Source of the DNA: Octopus sinensis
Taxonomy: Eukaryota
Length of the DNA stretch: 64,000 nt
Direction: 5' to 3'
Assembly (NCBI RefSeq): GCF_006345805.1
Contig: NC_042997.1
Location: 36,890,001 to 36,954,000, forward strand
A program made the translations under genes and the position numbers. Positions 27,016 to 38,349 of this stretch are shown piece after piece. The notes under the pieces were generated by a model that saw only the letters and a program-made list of their open reading frames with translations, had not been told where the DNA came from and did no database searches. The number at the start of each line of letters is the position of its first letter. The first letter of the stretch is position 1.

Positions 27016-27050
27016 GTTTCTGTCGAAGGGCTCCGCTCGAAACGTTAAAC
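27016..27050 (+). ncRNA. Minimal type I hammerhead ribozyme with a core mutation (probably inactive)
   Basis: gttt-CTGTCGA-a-gggc-tcc-gctc-GAAAC-GTT-aaac. Stem I gttt/aaac, stem II hairpin and palindromic ACGT stem III are present. The core is CUGUCGA instead of CUGANGA. Confidence 0.65.
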
Positions 27051-27167
27051 CCTCCTTCTTCCCCTCGTTCCTGAGCGTCCAATAATACTGTATTTGTTCC
27101 ACGTCCACGCGTTGCTGTGTTTTCTCTTTGTGTTTTTATGTTTGGATTAACTATATATATATATATA

Positions 27168-27498
27168 AAAGACCCCCTTCGGTCATGAATGACCATGGGA
27201 TTGCACCTAGAAAGTTACCCTCCTAGAAACAAGTCCGGGCAAGGTTGCTTATGGAAGACCAGCAGTCGCCCATGCATACCAGCCTCCCCTCTCCACGCCA
27301 CCAGTGTTATCCAAAGGGAAAGACAAAGGTCGATACAGCTTGGCACCAGTGACGTCGCAACTCATTTCTACAGCTGAGTGAACTGGAGCAACGTGAAATA
27401 AAGTGTCTTGCTCAAGAACACAACACGCAGCCCGGTCCGGGATTCGAGCTCACAACCTCACGATCGTAAGCTCGACGCTCTAACCACTGAGCCATGCA

Positions 27499-27500
<2 letters not shown>
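27168..27500 (-). mobile_element. SINE family D
   Basis: Head on minus: gcatggctcagtggttagagcgtcgagcttacgatcgtgagg...gctcgaatcccgg. Near-identical copy at 63403-63731. Confidence 0.9.
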
Positions 27501-27550
<50 letters not shown>

Positions 27551-27567
27551 CATATATATATATATAC

Positions 27568-27610
<43 letters not shown>

Positions 27611-27616
27611 ATGATC

Positions 27617-27895
27617 ACGTGACCGACCAGACCATCACATGTTGTTACACATCGCTGGTCACAATGCGTTCGCATTGTTTTAGCCTTCGAATGACGCCAC
27701 CCCGCTGGCTAAGCGAGCAGGCCAGCAGAAGAAAAAGTGGGCGAAAGAGTGGTGAAAGAGTACAACAGAGATCACCACCCCCTGCCGGAGCCTCGTGGAG
27801 CTTTTTAGGTGTTTTCGCTCAATAAACTCTCACAACGCCCGGTCTGGGAATCGAAACCGCGATCCGCTACCCTAACCACTGGGCCATTGCGCATC
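27617..27895 (-). mobile_element. SINE family C variant
   Basis: Homologous to 26238-26465 and to the head of 31801-32187. Confidence 0.8.
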
Positions 27896-28420
27896 CACTA
27901 TACATATACACACACACACACACACACACATGTATATGCAACCACACACCCACACTTCATCTATATGCATAGTCTGAGACACCTTGCCAAACGGACAACT
28001 CATTTTCCTTTTCTTCCTAAAAGTATATTTAAAAGTGTATATTAAAAAGTATACATGTATCTAATATTGATTACTGGAATGTATTTCACTTTGTAATCTC
28101 TTACAATGAAAAAAATTATTAGGTAAAATTTACATGAATGCAGCACAGAATAAAATCAATTTTTAATTCTTTTATTGGAATTCTTCTTCAAATCAGCATA
28201 TAGCTTTTCAGTTATTGATTACGAAGAGACTAATTGCTACTTACGTTACACAAAATTGTAAATTGAAAGATTAAAACCCTTGCAACGATTGAAAAATATT
28301 ATTTGAGCAAATAAAATTTGAGATACGAGAAGCATATTACTGTAAAAAGTATACGTAATATTTCCACTGCCATAAAAATTATCAGCATTTATCCCAACAC
28401 ATGCGTACATACATAGATAG

Positions 28421-28864
28421 ATACATACATATAAAGATAAGCTTACATATACATATTCATACGTATATACACAAACATAGTTTATATGCTTATACTCACA
28501 CACACACACACATATACACACATTTATATATATATTATTAAGGTGGCTTGTTCGCAATTTACAACCAAAGGGTTCAAACATCGCCGTGTCTAATGTGACT
28601 GAGAGCGGTAGTCAGCACCAGCATTGCTAGAGATAAGAGTCAGAACAATCCTTAGTCACGAGGAAGTACTTATCTAATGACTACCGCTCTCAGTCACATT
28701 AGACACGGCGATGTTTGAACCCTTTGGTTGTAAATTGCGAACAAGCCACCTTAATAATATATATATAAATGTGTGTATATGTGTGTGTGTGTGTGAGTAT
28801 AAGCATATAAACTATGTTTGTGTATATACGTATGAATATGTATATGTAAGCTTATCTTTATATG

Positions 28865-28871
<7 letters not shown>
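28421..28871. repeat. Perfect 194-bp inverted repeat with a 63-bp spacer
   Basis: 28421-28614 is the reverse complement of 28678-28871, including microsatellite unit counts. Mirrored identical ORFs appear in the track. Confidence 0.95.
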
Positions 28872-28934
<63 letters not shown>

Positions 28935-31800
28935 AGAGATACATACATATATATACATACATACATATCAGTCATTAGATAAGTACTTCCTCGTGGCTAA
29001 GGGTTGTTCTGACTCTTATATAAATCTATATATACATATGTGTGTGTTTGTGTTCTTCAGTAGCTAACTTGGAAATTTACTTCTAGTCTCAGAACTCATC
29101 ATAAAAGTCCACATATTATAGTATGTATTCCCAAGATATGCGCGATTCTTTTTAATTGATTTATTTTGGCAATGTATTCTTGAAAATTATATTCTATATC
29201 TGTTTCTAATCATTGGAGGTGATAGCAATCTACTATATTATTTATTCTAACACAAATAGCTTCTAGCATATAATTTTTCTACCGTAGGTATTGTTAGAAA
29301 AATTCTCTTTACCTTACTCATTCCATTGTTTGTCAGCAATTCTATGAACTCTTTGAGAATGATTTCATATCGCTTCTACACTAATTTGATTACTATATGC
29401 AGGTTTTCATAGTTCATTGTTATAAATTTAACTGACGGTTGTGTATTGTCATTATTTGCAGGTACACCTCGGAAAATATTACTACACATGATATTGTACA
29501 TCATTAGGAGAGAAAGAAAATTGGTAATGCTGAGGAACATTTTAAGCCTATATAAATCTAAGTCTAAAGGGAAACATATGAGAGAGTAGGGAAGTCTAGA
29601 AATGTGTATTCCCAATTAAAGGAGATCGGCTTTAATGCCAATAAACGCGAGTCCTTCCGCAAGTCCGCGGGCGAATCATAGTATCGCTCATTATAATTTG
29701 GTACGCCTATATGTCGTGTTAGTATAGGCGGAGATTCAATGCTATGAGTTCTTTACGATTGGCAAATGCATTTCTCTATCACTTTGTCGTACACGCTTGT
29801 TTCCCGAAATTCTATAAATTATAACTATTGTACTCCAGAAATATATTATGTCATTATTTGCCTCTGAAGACTTTAATAGGGAACATACTTCAAGTATCTT
29901 TTATTTTATTCTTTTCTTGTTTGTGGAATACCATTAATACATAACTGATAAAATTCACATTATTTATGTTTGTCAAACATTTGGAAATTCGCATGTCTGA
30001 GAATGACTTTATGCAAACCATTTAGATGGTAGTTGCGGAGGAGCTCAGTGATGTATCTAAGTGCAGCTGATGCCTAGACCTAGACAGTAATACTCATGAG
30101 TGTAGGTTACCTGTTTTTTGTACAATTTCAATAATAGCTGACAGCTAAAGTATCCCCTGGCTCTCAAAAGAAGGACCAGTCGCTAGGATGCAATCTTAGC
30201 TTATGAGGAATGTTGTTTCCTCAGGAGAGATATTCAGCAGTATTAACGCACAACTCATAGATCAATTATATATGCCATCACTGGGTTTTATTCAGGAAAA
30301 TTGAAAATATATTTCCTTTGAAGCAATGTTTACTACAACGCATTATCGTACAAATAACACCTCCTGAACTTGGAGGTTATCATACATGGCAAAAAATTTC
30401 TATGACAATTCCATATAATTTGAGATCGACGAACTATCACGGAAAGCAATATAATATTTTAGGATATTATATATATTAAAATGTAGTGAAGATAAATGAA
30501 GGAAAAAATAATTGCATGGAATTGATAGTAAATTTCCATTACAGATTATTTACGACTTTCACCACAATTTTACTTATATTAACACAATACTAGAATAACT
30601 TTCAGCATTGTGCATTACATTTTATATAGTAATACTTATGACCCCTTGTTGATCATATGTTCTGTTATATATTTGCTGTTTTTAGGATAAAGAAAATTCT
30701 AAAATATTTAACGACATTGTCTTAACAGCACACTATATCTCATGTCACTTTATGCCTAACACTTCACGGAAAATAGAAACCTTTAGTCTGCTTTTATAAT
30801 AAATAAGGACAATTTATTTATCTCACGTATTTTTCTCCTTTCATAAAGTACATTGTCTAACATTTCGAATTAAAGTGTTTGTCTCCCATGGAGAGCCTTG
30901 CTTGCAAGGTTGCAAAATCTCTTCGGAAGTAGAGGCAGATGAAGTGGAAGAGGTTACATTAAATGTACAATTCGGAATCAAGTAAATTATTGCAATATAT
31001 TTACACGCACGATGTATCTGAAAGAACTTCTAAACATCTACTCATTTATTCCGTTTTTCCTTCATCTGTTAACCGACTATTATGTTTCCAATATAATACG
31101 CAAATACACGCATTAGCTAATTGCTGTTTCTTCAATCTTAAATCAATAGGATCGATGACTTCAATACAAAGAATTTCAAAATAATACTTAGCTATTCAGT
31201 AGATTTTTATTTCTCCTTTCTTCACTATTAAAATGAAAATTGTTTTCCACTGCCATTTTGTAAGACGCTTCAATCTCATGATTTGTATACTATTTTCAAT
31301 ATCATTTGTATCTGATTTAATTAATGTATACTGTTCAAATAATACGCCACAGATCAAGCATAAAATTCGACATACTCATGAAATGCACTTTATTTGTTAG
31401 GTCATCTAAGTATAAATCTATGTGAAACTTACTTTAGTTATATGACACAAATACTGTTCAGTTGCTTTCTCTTAAATCTGATAATTCTGGATAATGATGA
31501 TAAAAACTAAGCGTTCTTTATAATGGTCAGTCGAAAAGGAAAGGCAGATCTGGAGCCAATGAGGAATTTGTCCCAAAACATTAATGGTATAAGTGAGAAG
31601 ACATGTCATAGAGTACCATAAAATCTAAACTTTCGACTTTCGATTCCCAGTATCTTACGTAATATTCACAGTCATTATGAATAACATATTAGTTTAATTA
31701 CGGTGAAGAAATGTTGAAGATGTCTTTTGTGCCTATTATTGTGCTACTAAGAAGCTATGTCTGATCCATTATGTTTAAATTTTATGTAACCATTGTATGT

Positions 31801-32187
31801 ATGGAAGCACTCCGTCGGTTACGACGATGAGGGTTCCGGTTGATCCGAATCAACGGAACAGCCTGCTCGTGAAATTAACGTGTAAGTGGCTGAGCACTCC
31901 ACAGACACGTGCACCCTTAACGTAGTTCTCGGGGATATTCAGCGTGACACAGAGAGTGACAAGGCCGGCCCCTTGAAATACAGGTACAACAGAAACAGGA
32001 AGTAAGAGTGAGAGAAAGTTGTGGTGAAAGCGTACAGCGGGGATCACCACCATCCCCTGCCGGAGCCTCGTGGAGCTTTAGGTGTTTTCGCTCAATAAAC
32101 ACTCACAACGCCCGGTCTGGGAATCGAAACCGCGATCCTATGACCGCGAGTCCGCTGCCCTAACCACTGGGCCATTGCGCCTCCACT
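31801..32187 (-). mobile_element. SINE family C, full length
   Basis: A-box tggcccagtgg, B-box gtttcgattcc, and 3' end tcgtaaccgacggagtgcttcca. Confidence 0.9.
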
Positions 32188-32316
32188 GTAACCATTAACC
32201 ATAGACAAAGGTGTATATTTTTCGGAATTATCTTCTGCAGAATAATTTAAGGTATGTTTAAAACAAACTATATGAAATAACAAAAAAAAAAAAAAAAAAT
32301 TGTATTTTATTACATT

Positions 32317-32736
32317 ACTCTTTTACTCTTTTACTCTTTTTTACTCTCTTACTTGTTTTAGTCATTTGACTGCGGCCATGCTGGAGCACCGCCTTTAATC
32401 GAGCAACTCGACCCCCGGACTTATTCTTTTGTAAGCCCAGTACTTATTCTATCGGTCTCTTTTGCCGAACTGCTAAGTAACGGGTACATAAACACACCAG
32501 CATCGGTTGTCAAGCAATGCTAGGGGGACAAACACAGACATGCAAACGCACACATGCATATATGTATATACATATATACGATGGGCTTCTTTCAGTTTCC
32601 GTCTACCAAATGCACTCACAAAGCTTTGGTCGGCCCGAGGCTATAGTAGAAGACACTTGCCCAAGGTGCCACGCAGTGGGACTGAACCCGGAACCATGTG
32701 GTTGGTAAACAAGCTACTTACCACACAGCCACTCCT
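32317..32736 (-). mobile_element. SINE family A, full length
   Basis: Reverse-complement match to the 20121-20528 copy. Confidence 0.9.
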
Positions 32737-33097
32737 GGTAAAATGCCTGATAAAATGCAAAGTCGACTTCGCTAAGCATTTTGCAGAGCCTGCTAACGAT
32801 ACTGCCAGCTCGCAGCTTTTCATTAAATTATAATATTAGTCGAACCTTATCCTGCATATACATGGGAGTGATTAATATGCACTTACTCCCTCTTTCTCTC
32901 TTAATATCTCTCTCTCTACCCCACCCCTCTCTCTCTCTTAATCATAAAGCGGCTTTGCTATCATGAATGTGGTCGGAAACAATATTGGTTCCAGGCTTCC
33001 AACGGTACTGACGCGATGCGCTATGAAACGCTTCCAAGTGGTTTATTCTCATAGAAAGCATCAGATCTTTGAAGGGAAATGGTTTTGAGCACCATAT

Positions 33098-33312
33098 CTC
33101 TTTTACTCTTTTACTTGCTTCAGTCATTTGACTATAGCTATGCTGGAGCACCACCTTTAGTCGAGCAAATCGACCCCAGGGGTTCTTCTCTGTAAGCCTA
33201 GTACTTATTCTATCGGTCTCTTTCGCCGAACCGCTAAGTTACGGGGACGTAAACACACCAGCGTCAGTTGTCAAGCGATGTTGGGGGTACAAACACAGAC
33301 ACACAAACGTAT

Positions 33313-33343
<31 letters not shown>

Positions 33344-33510
33344 CATATAAACGACCTGCTTCTTTCGGTTTCCGTCTACCAAATCCACTCGCAAGGCTTT
33401 AGTCGGCCCGAGACGATAGTGCAAGACACTTTCCCAAGGTGCCACGCAGTTTGAACTGAACCCGGAACCATGTGGTTCGTAAGCAAGCTACTTACCACAC
33501 ATCCACTCTT
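33098..33510 (-). mobile_element. SINE family A, full length
   Basis: Reverse-complement match to the other family A copies. Confidence 0.9.
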
Positions 33511-33703
33511 ACTTGTTAGTGTGAGACAACGCCTGCACGACTACGTAAGATATTATCCTTAAAAGTTAAAGAGTACTGAGGAATGAAAAATATATCAGTG
33601 ACAGCTCTCTGGTACATATGGTTGTACATTGACAGTAGTGAGAGTAAATACCCGAATAGATGACAAATTGTGTGCTTGCTAACGTTTTTTCTTTCTGTAA
33701 TAG

Positions 33704-33730
33704 TTCAACAATTTGAAGTGAGAATAATAG
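33704..33730 (+). CDS. Candidate 27-nt symmetric (phase 1-1) microexon
   Basis: Branch-point-like gctaac, then ttttttctttctgtaatag acceptor, TTCAACAATTTGAAGTGAGAATAATAG, and gtcagt donor. Only phase 1 is open (xQQFEVRIIx). Confidence 0.3.
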
Positions 33731-34007
33731 GTCAGTATTTTGAAAGATGAGAGGAAATAATAATGATTAAGACTGTATGATATATTCCTCTAGAGCAAGA
33801 TAAAGACAATAAACTATCAAAGTGAGGAAAGGTATTTGGGTCAGTCTTAGACGGAAACAGAAGACATAATCTGAAAGCCAGCTGTGGGACATACTGTTGC
33901 TCTTGTCCAAGCAACCACATCATTTCAGCCAAACATGATTTAACTGCTATCTATACCAACACGAGTCATTGAGGTTGAACGTTATATCGGCCATATGCCT
34001 GGCCGAA

Positions 34008-34243
34008 TATATATTTCTTTACTACCCACAAGGGGCTAAACACAGAGGGGACAAACAAGGACAGACAAAGCAATTAAGTCGTTTCCATCGACCCCAGTGC
34101 GTAACTGGTACTTAATTTATCGACCCCGAAAGGATGAAAGGCAAAGTCAACCTCGGCGGAATTTGAACTCAGAACGTAACGGCAGACAAAATACGGCTAC
34201 ACATTTCGCCCGGCGTGCTACCGTTTCTGCCAGCTCGCCGCCT
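34008..34243 (-). mobile_element. SINE family B with a 13-bp target-site duplication
   Basis: Homologous to 7719-7935. atgcctggccgaa occurs at 33995-34007 and 34250-34262. Confidence 0.9.
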
Positions 34244-35952
34244 TCATTCATGCCTGGCCGAACATAGTCAATATGACTGTTAATGTACTGAGAACAATGG
34301 CAAAGATGTTTGGGAGCAAGTTATACATCTTGGTAGTAGGTGAAATTTTACTGAGAGTTTTTTTTTTTAATGCACACTAGCAGCATATTTTCCACCTAAT
34401 ATATCTATATATGCCAGCGAAAAATGTTTGATAGAAACATATTTACGTTTCAGAAGAAATGTTCGTCAAGACTCACATGAAATATGATAAAAAAACATTT
34501 AGTGAAATTTTCTCAGTATCTTAGATAACACTCTTTATCAATCACACATGCTATTTCTATTGAAAGTGATATTTTAAAGAAACGGCATTTGGCTTTCATT
34601 TCACACTCAAATATTCATCTCCCTTAAACTAAAAATTAGTTGAAACGAATCTCTAACCTTTGCCCGGTGCTTTTGTAGTTCTAGCAATGATTTAAACCTG
34701 AAAGGGCTGGTTATGTTCCTTTTAGTCATTATCTGAAATAAGATTACCAGCAATTTTGACAGCGGTATATTTGTAATTTTACGGTCATAAAAAATCCGCT
34801 TACAGTAATAAACAAGGATTAATACTTGATAAAAATAAATGATATGATGTCATAAACGAAATAGGAATTCGACGTTTACGTCAAGTTCATTTATGAATGC
34901 GAAGAACATGCAGTTGTAAAATATGACGTTCGCGCAGTAGAGTTCGTGGTCTTATCTATAAATATATAGATTATATTTCTCTATATACAAATCTAATTAT
35001 ATTTCGAGAATAGTTCAATATTTTCATAATAATCTCAAAACACTTCAGACTCTTCTAGTTCAGATTATTTCAAATCTATCTAGTTTGCTTGATATATTTT
35101 GCAATATCAAGTGTGACAGTTGATATATACAATATATATATATGCACATACGTAAGGAGAGAGAGAGGCGATTACATTATGAAATCGTGCCATTGCATTA
35201 ATAAATAAGACAAAAGGGTAACTGAATGAGCAAGTATTTGCTACTATTTATATTACCTACATTGTCTAAGGTCGGAATGAATCTCGACCGACATAATCCA
35301 ATACTCATCAATACGGCTTAATCACTAAATTCTAAAAAACCGGCGGAATGAAAACGGATTTTACACACAATGATGTGGTAAACTACGCAGAGTTGCGGTT
35401 TCCACGCGCGAATATTCCCAAAGAAATAATATGGAATGTTATTGACAAATAGGTCGGCAAATTGTTTTCGCGCTAAGCTTTGAGCCTTGCATTTTCTGTA
35501 ATTGTAGATAATACCGACCATCTTGTGTGGGCCAACTGCTCTTTTAGCACGATCAACAGTATTACATCTGAGAAGGTTTTCGATGAACTCCCTAAAACAT
35601 TCTAAATGCCTATCACCAAAATCATATTCGATTTTACAGACGAAAGGAATCGGGTCATGGGTGGAAGAAATTTCGTGGCTCCTAGAAGGAGAAACTCGAT
35701 TTAGACTATGTACTCAAAAGCGACGCGAGCCTTTGGACATTCTCTAGTTTCGCAGCATATTTACATGTATAGGTCATCGGATCCCAAGAAAGTATCTGTA
35801 TTTACACATATGTACCGGATTGACCAGAACTGAGGTAATACATATTGTAAGTTTTACATCCACGTAGTTTTAACAACATCTAAATACACCTTTTTACACA
35901 AAGTTAGACGTACCCCGAGAGTTTATATATACATACATGCATACATGTACAT

Positions 35953-35990
<38 letters not shown>

Positions 35991-35993
<3 letters not shown>

Positions 35994-36096
35994 TCGTACT
36001 TTCGTGGTGCGTCGGATTTCAGATCTTGAACAGAGTCGTGCATTGAGTCGACTCTGGTCAAGATCTGAGATCTGACGCACCACCAAATTACGAATC
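35991..36096. repeat. 106-bp near-perfect palindrome inside (TA)n (micro-MITE-like)
   Basis: Arms of 48 bp (gattcgtac...cagagtcg and cgactctg...tacgaatc) have about 5 mismatches and a 10-nt loop, tgcattgagt. Confidence 0.85.
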
Positions 36097-36113
36097 ATAT
36101 ATATATATATTTC

Positions 36114-36440
36114 TGTGTTGGCTGGGTCATGCCCTCCGTCGTCAACCAGGAGAATTCATCTACGAAGCAATTTCCCCAGCTCCCCTACAGGGTTGGCGAA
36201 AGCGATGTGGTGGACAAGGAAAAACCTGGCTGATGACAGCCAAGGCTGACCTGGAAACCAACCTAGGCCCCCATATCTATGGCTTTCGCCACTGCAATAA
36301 GGAGTGGTTGGAGATCACGCGGTCGTTATCCACAAATCGCCAGGTTTAGTCGGCGTTTGTGAGAGATACAGCATTGAGGATGAATGAAGCCATCTCAACC
36401 TACCCCGGGTGAATGCGGTCTCAAGTCAAGCCAAGTCATA
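36114..36440 (+). mobile_element. RTE-clade LINE 3' fragment
   Basis: LCWLGHALRRQPGEFIYEAISP...GWRKRCGGQGKTWLMTAKADLE matches the RTE C-terminal LRWLGHV.R motif; the 3' end is caagtcaagccaagtc. Confidence 0.75.
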
Positions 36441-36923
36441 TATATATATAAGCATCTTTCATCTACTATTTGTTTCACTAAATAGACTGCGGCAATGATG
36501 GATCATCATTTTAAAGACTATTTTGTCGAATGAATCAACCAGAGCATATGTAATTTTATTAAGGCCCGATGCTTATTCTAAGGGTCAACTTACGGGAAAT
36601 TAAACGCGTCAACAGGGAGTGACAAGCGATGATGGGGGAAAATCTCACACACAAAGACACATACAGATGGCCACACATATATATTCATACATGTATACAC
36701 GTTTGCCATGCTGCAGTTTCCGTTTCCCAAACCCACTCACGACACTTTGCTGAGACGGAGACTTTAGCAGATGAGACAAGTCGAAGGTGCAATGCTGTGA
36801 GAATGGAACCGGAGCATTGTGGTTGGGATGCACATTTCTCACCACACACAAACTACTTCCTCTATAGTTACACCTCTGACTCTGTATACAAACACACACA
36901 TACACACACGCGTGCACACACAC

Positions 36924-36974
<51 letters not shown>

Positions 36975-37255
36975 ATGAAGGGTGAAATTAATTAATTTGG
37001 AATAATTATCAATTACACCAAGTAGTCTTCGGCATGTAAAAGCCTCATTCGAGGAAAATTTAAGTAATACTAAGCAATAAAGGGTTTAGCAACGAATTGC
37101 CTTACCACATACCGAATTTAGAAATAGCAGTCAAAGAGTTATAGCTATTTCTTCTACTAAAAAGTGAGATCTCAGTAAAAACAGCAATTGGAAGGCAGAC
37201 ACAAACAGGTAAGAGAGAATGAATTGACGGCAATCTATCATACAATTTTAAGTTA

Positions 37256-37355
37256 TCTACGGACGCACGTTTCGAAATCAAGATTTTAGGAAAGCATAAG
37301 AATTAAATATTAAATAATTCTACCTTACCAAAACTTCTTTTCTCTTCAGCGTAGA
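37256..37355 (-). ncRNA. Type I hammerhead ribozyme, intact core, GUC cleavage site
   Basis: Minus strand: tctacg-CTGAAGA-gaaa[long imperfect hairpin]tttc-GAAAC-gtgc-GTC-cgtaga. Stem I is a perfect 6 bp and stem II is closed by G-C. Confidence 0.85.
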
Positions 37356-37848
37356 ATACTATAATCATAAATGATTATATATTGAATTTTGAGATACTAG
37401 AAGGCACCAACTCAACTCAGTATCAGAGCGAGCTAGAATCCGCAACTAGTATCACCAAATTCAACGTGTGAATGAAAAGATTGTGTCACAAGCCCCTTCC
37501 CCCCCGCGTGTAGCCAAAACAAGATGCTGTGGTCATCTACTGAGATAAAATATGGTTATCCGTAATAATGAAGGGTGAAATTAATTAATTTGGAATAATT
37601 ATCAATTACGCCAAGTAGTCTTCGGCATGTAAAAGCCTCATTCGAGGAAAATTTAAGTAATACTAAGCAATAAAGGGTTTAGCAACGAATTGCCTTACCA
37701 CATACCGAATTTAGAAATAGCAGTCAAAGAGTTATAGCTATTTCTTCTACTAAAAAGTGAGATCTCAGTAAAAACAGCAATTGGAATGCAGACACAAACA
37801 GGTAAGAGAGAATGAATTGACGGCAATCTATCATACAATTTTAAGTTA

Positions 37849-37948
37849 TCTACGGACGCACGTTTCGAAATCAAGATTTTAGGAAAGCATAAGAATTAAC
37901 TATTAAATAATTCTACCTTACCAAAACTTCTGTCCTCTTCAGCGTAGA
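37849..37948 (-). ncRNA. Type I hammerhead ribozyme, second tandem copy, intact core
   Basis: Same core, stem I and stem III as 37256-37355, offset by 593 nt. The base of stem II reads ggac/tttc and is weaker. Confidence 0.8.
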
Positions 37949-38084
37949 ATACTATAATCATAAATGATTATATATTGAATTTTGAGATACTAGAAGGCAC
38001 CAACTCAACTCAGTATCAGAGCGAGCTAGAATCCGCAACTAGTATCACCAAATTCCGCAACTAGTATCACTAAACCCTTTATTG

Positions 38085-38151
<67 letters not shown>

Positions 38152-38349
38152 ACAGCCCACCTGTGTATATATAATATACACTACCTGACCACGTTCCGTC
38201 AATTCCTTATTGACGGCTAATTGTAGTATTTTATACAAGCATAACGTACAAAATAAGGTACATAATAATCACACATACAAACATTTACATACTTCCCTTG
38301 TACACGTACACACATAGATATATTCACACAGGGATGACAAGCTGTCATA

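Larger units (their letters stand above)
36973..38086 (-). mobile_element. Tandem 593-bp non-coding direct repeat carrying hammerhead ribozymes (retrozyme- or Penelope pLTR-like), flanked by (TA)n
   Basis: taatgaagggtgaaatt occurs at 36973 and 37566. The units differ by about five substitutions. The array ends with a 17-bp inverted fragment (38070-38086) of 37073-37089. No ORF. Confidence 0.8.

Noticed and set aside
30900-31330. Possible hAT transposase relic (FEILCIEVIDPIDLRL)
   Set aside because: Similarity is too weak and fragmented to support by eye; a profile HMM search would be needed.
37021-37056. Second hammerhead-like motif in the 593-bp unit (CTCGAATGA-ggc...gcc-GAAGAC on minus)
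   Set aside because: Both core halves deviate from CUGANGA/GAAA, and no stem I or NUH site is evident.
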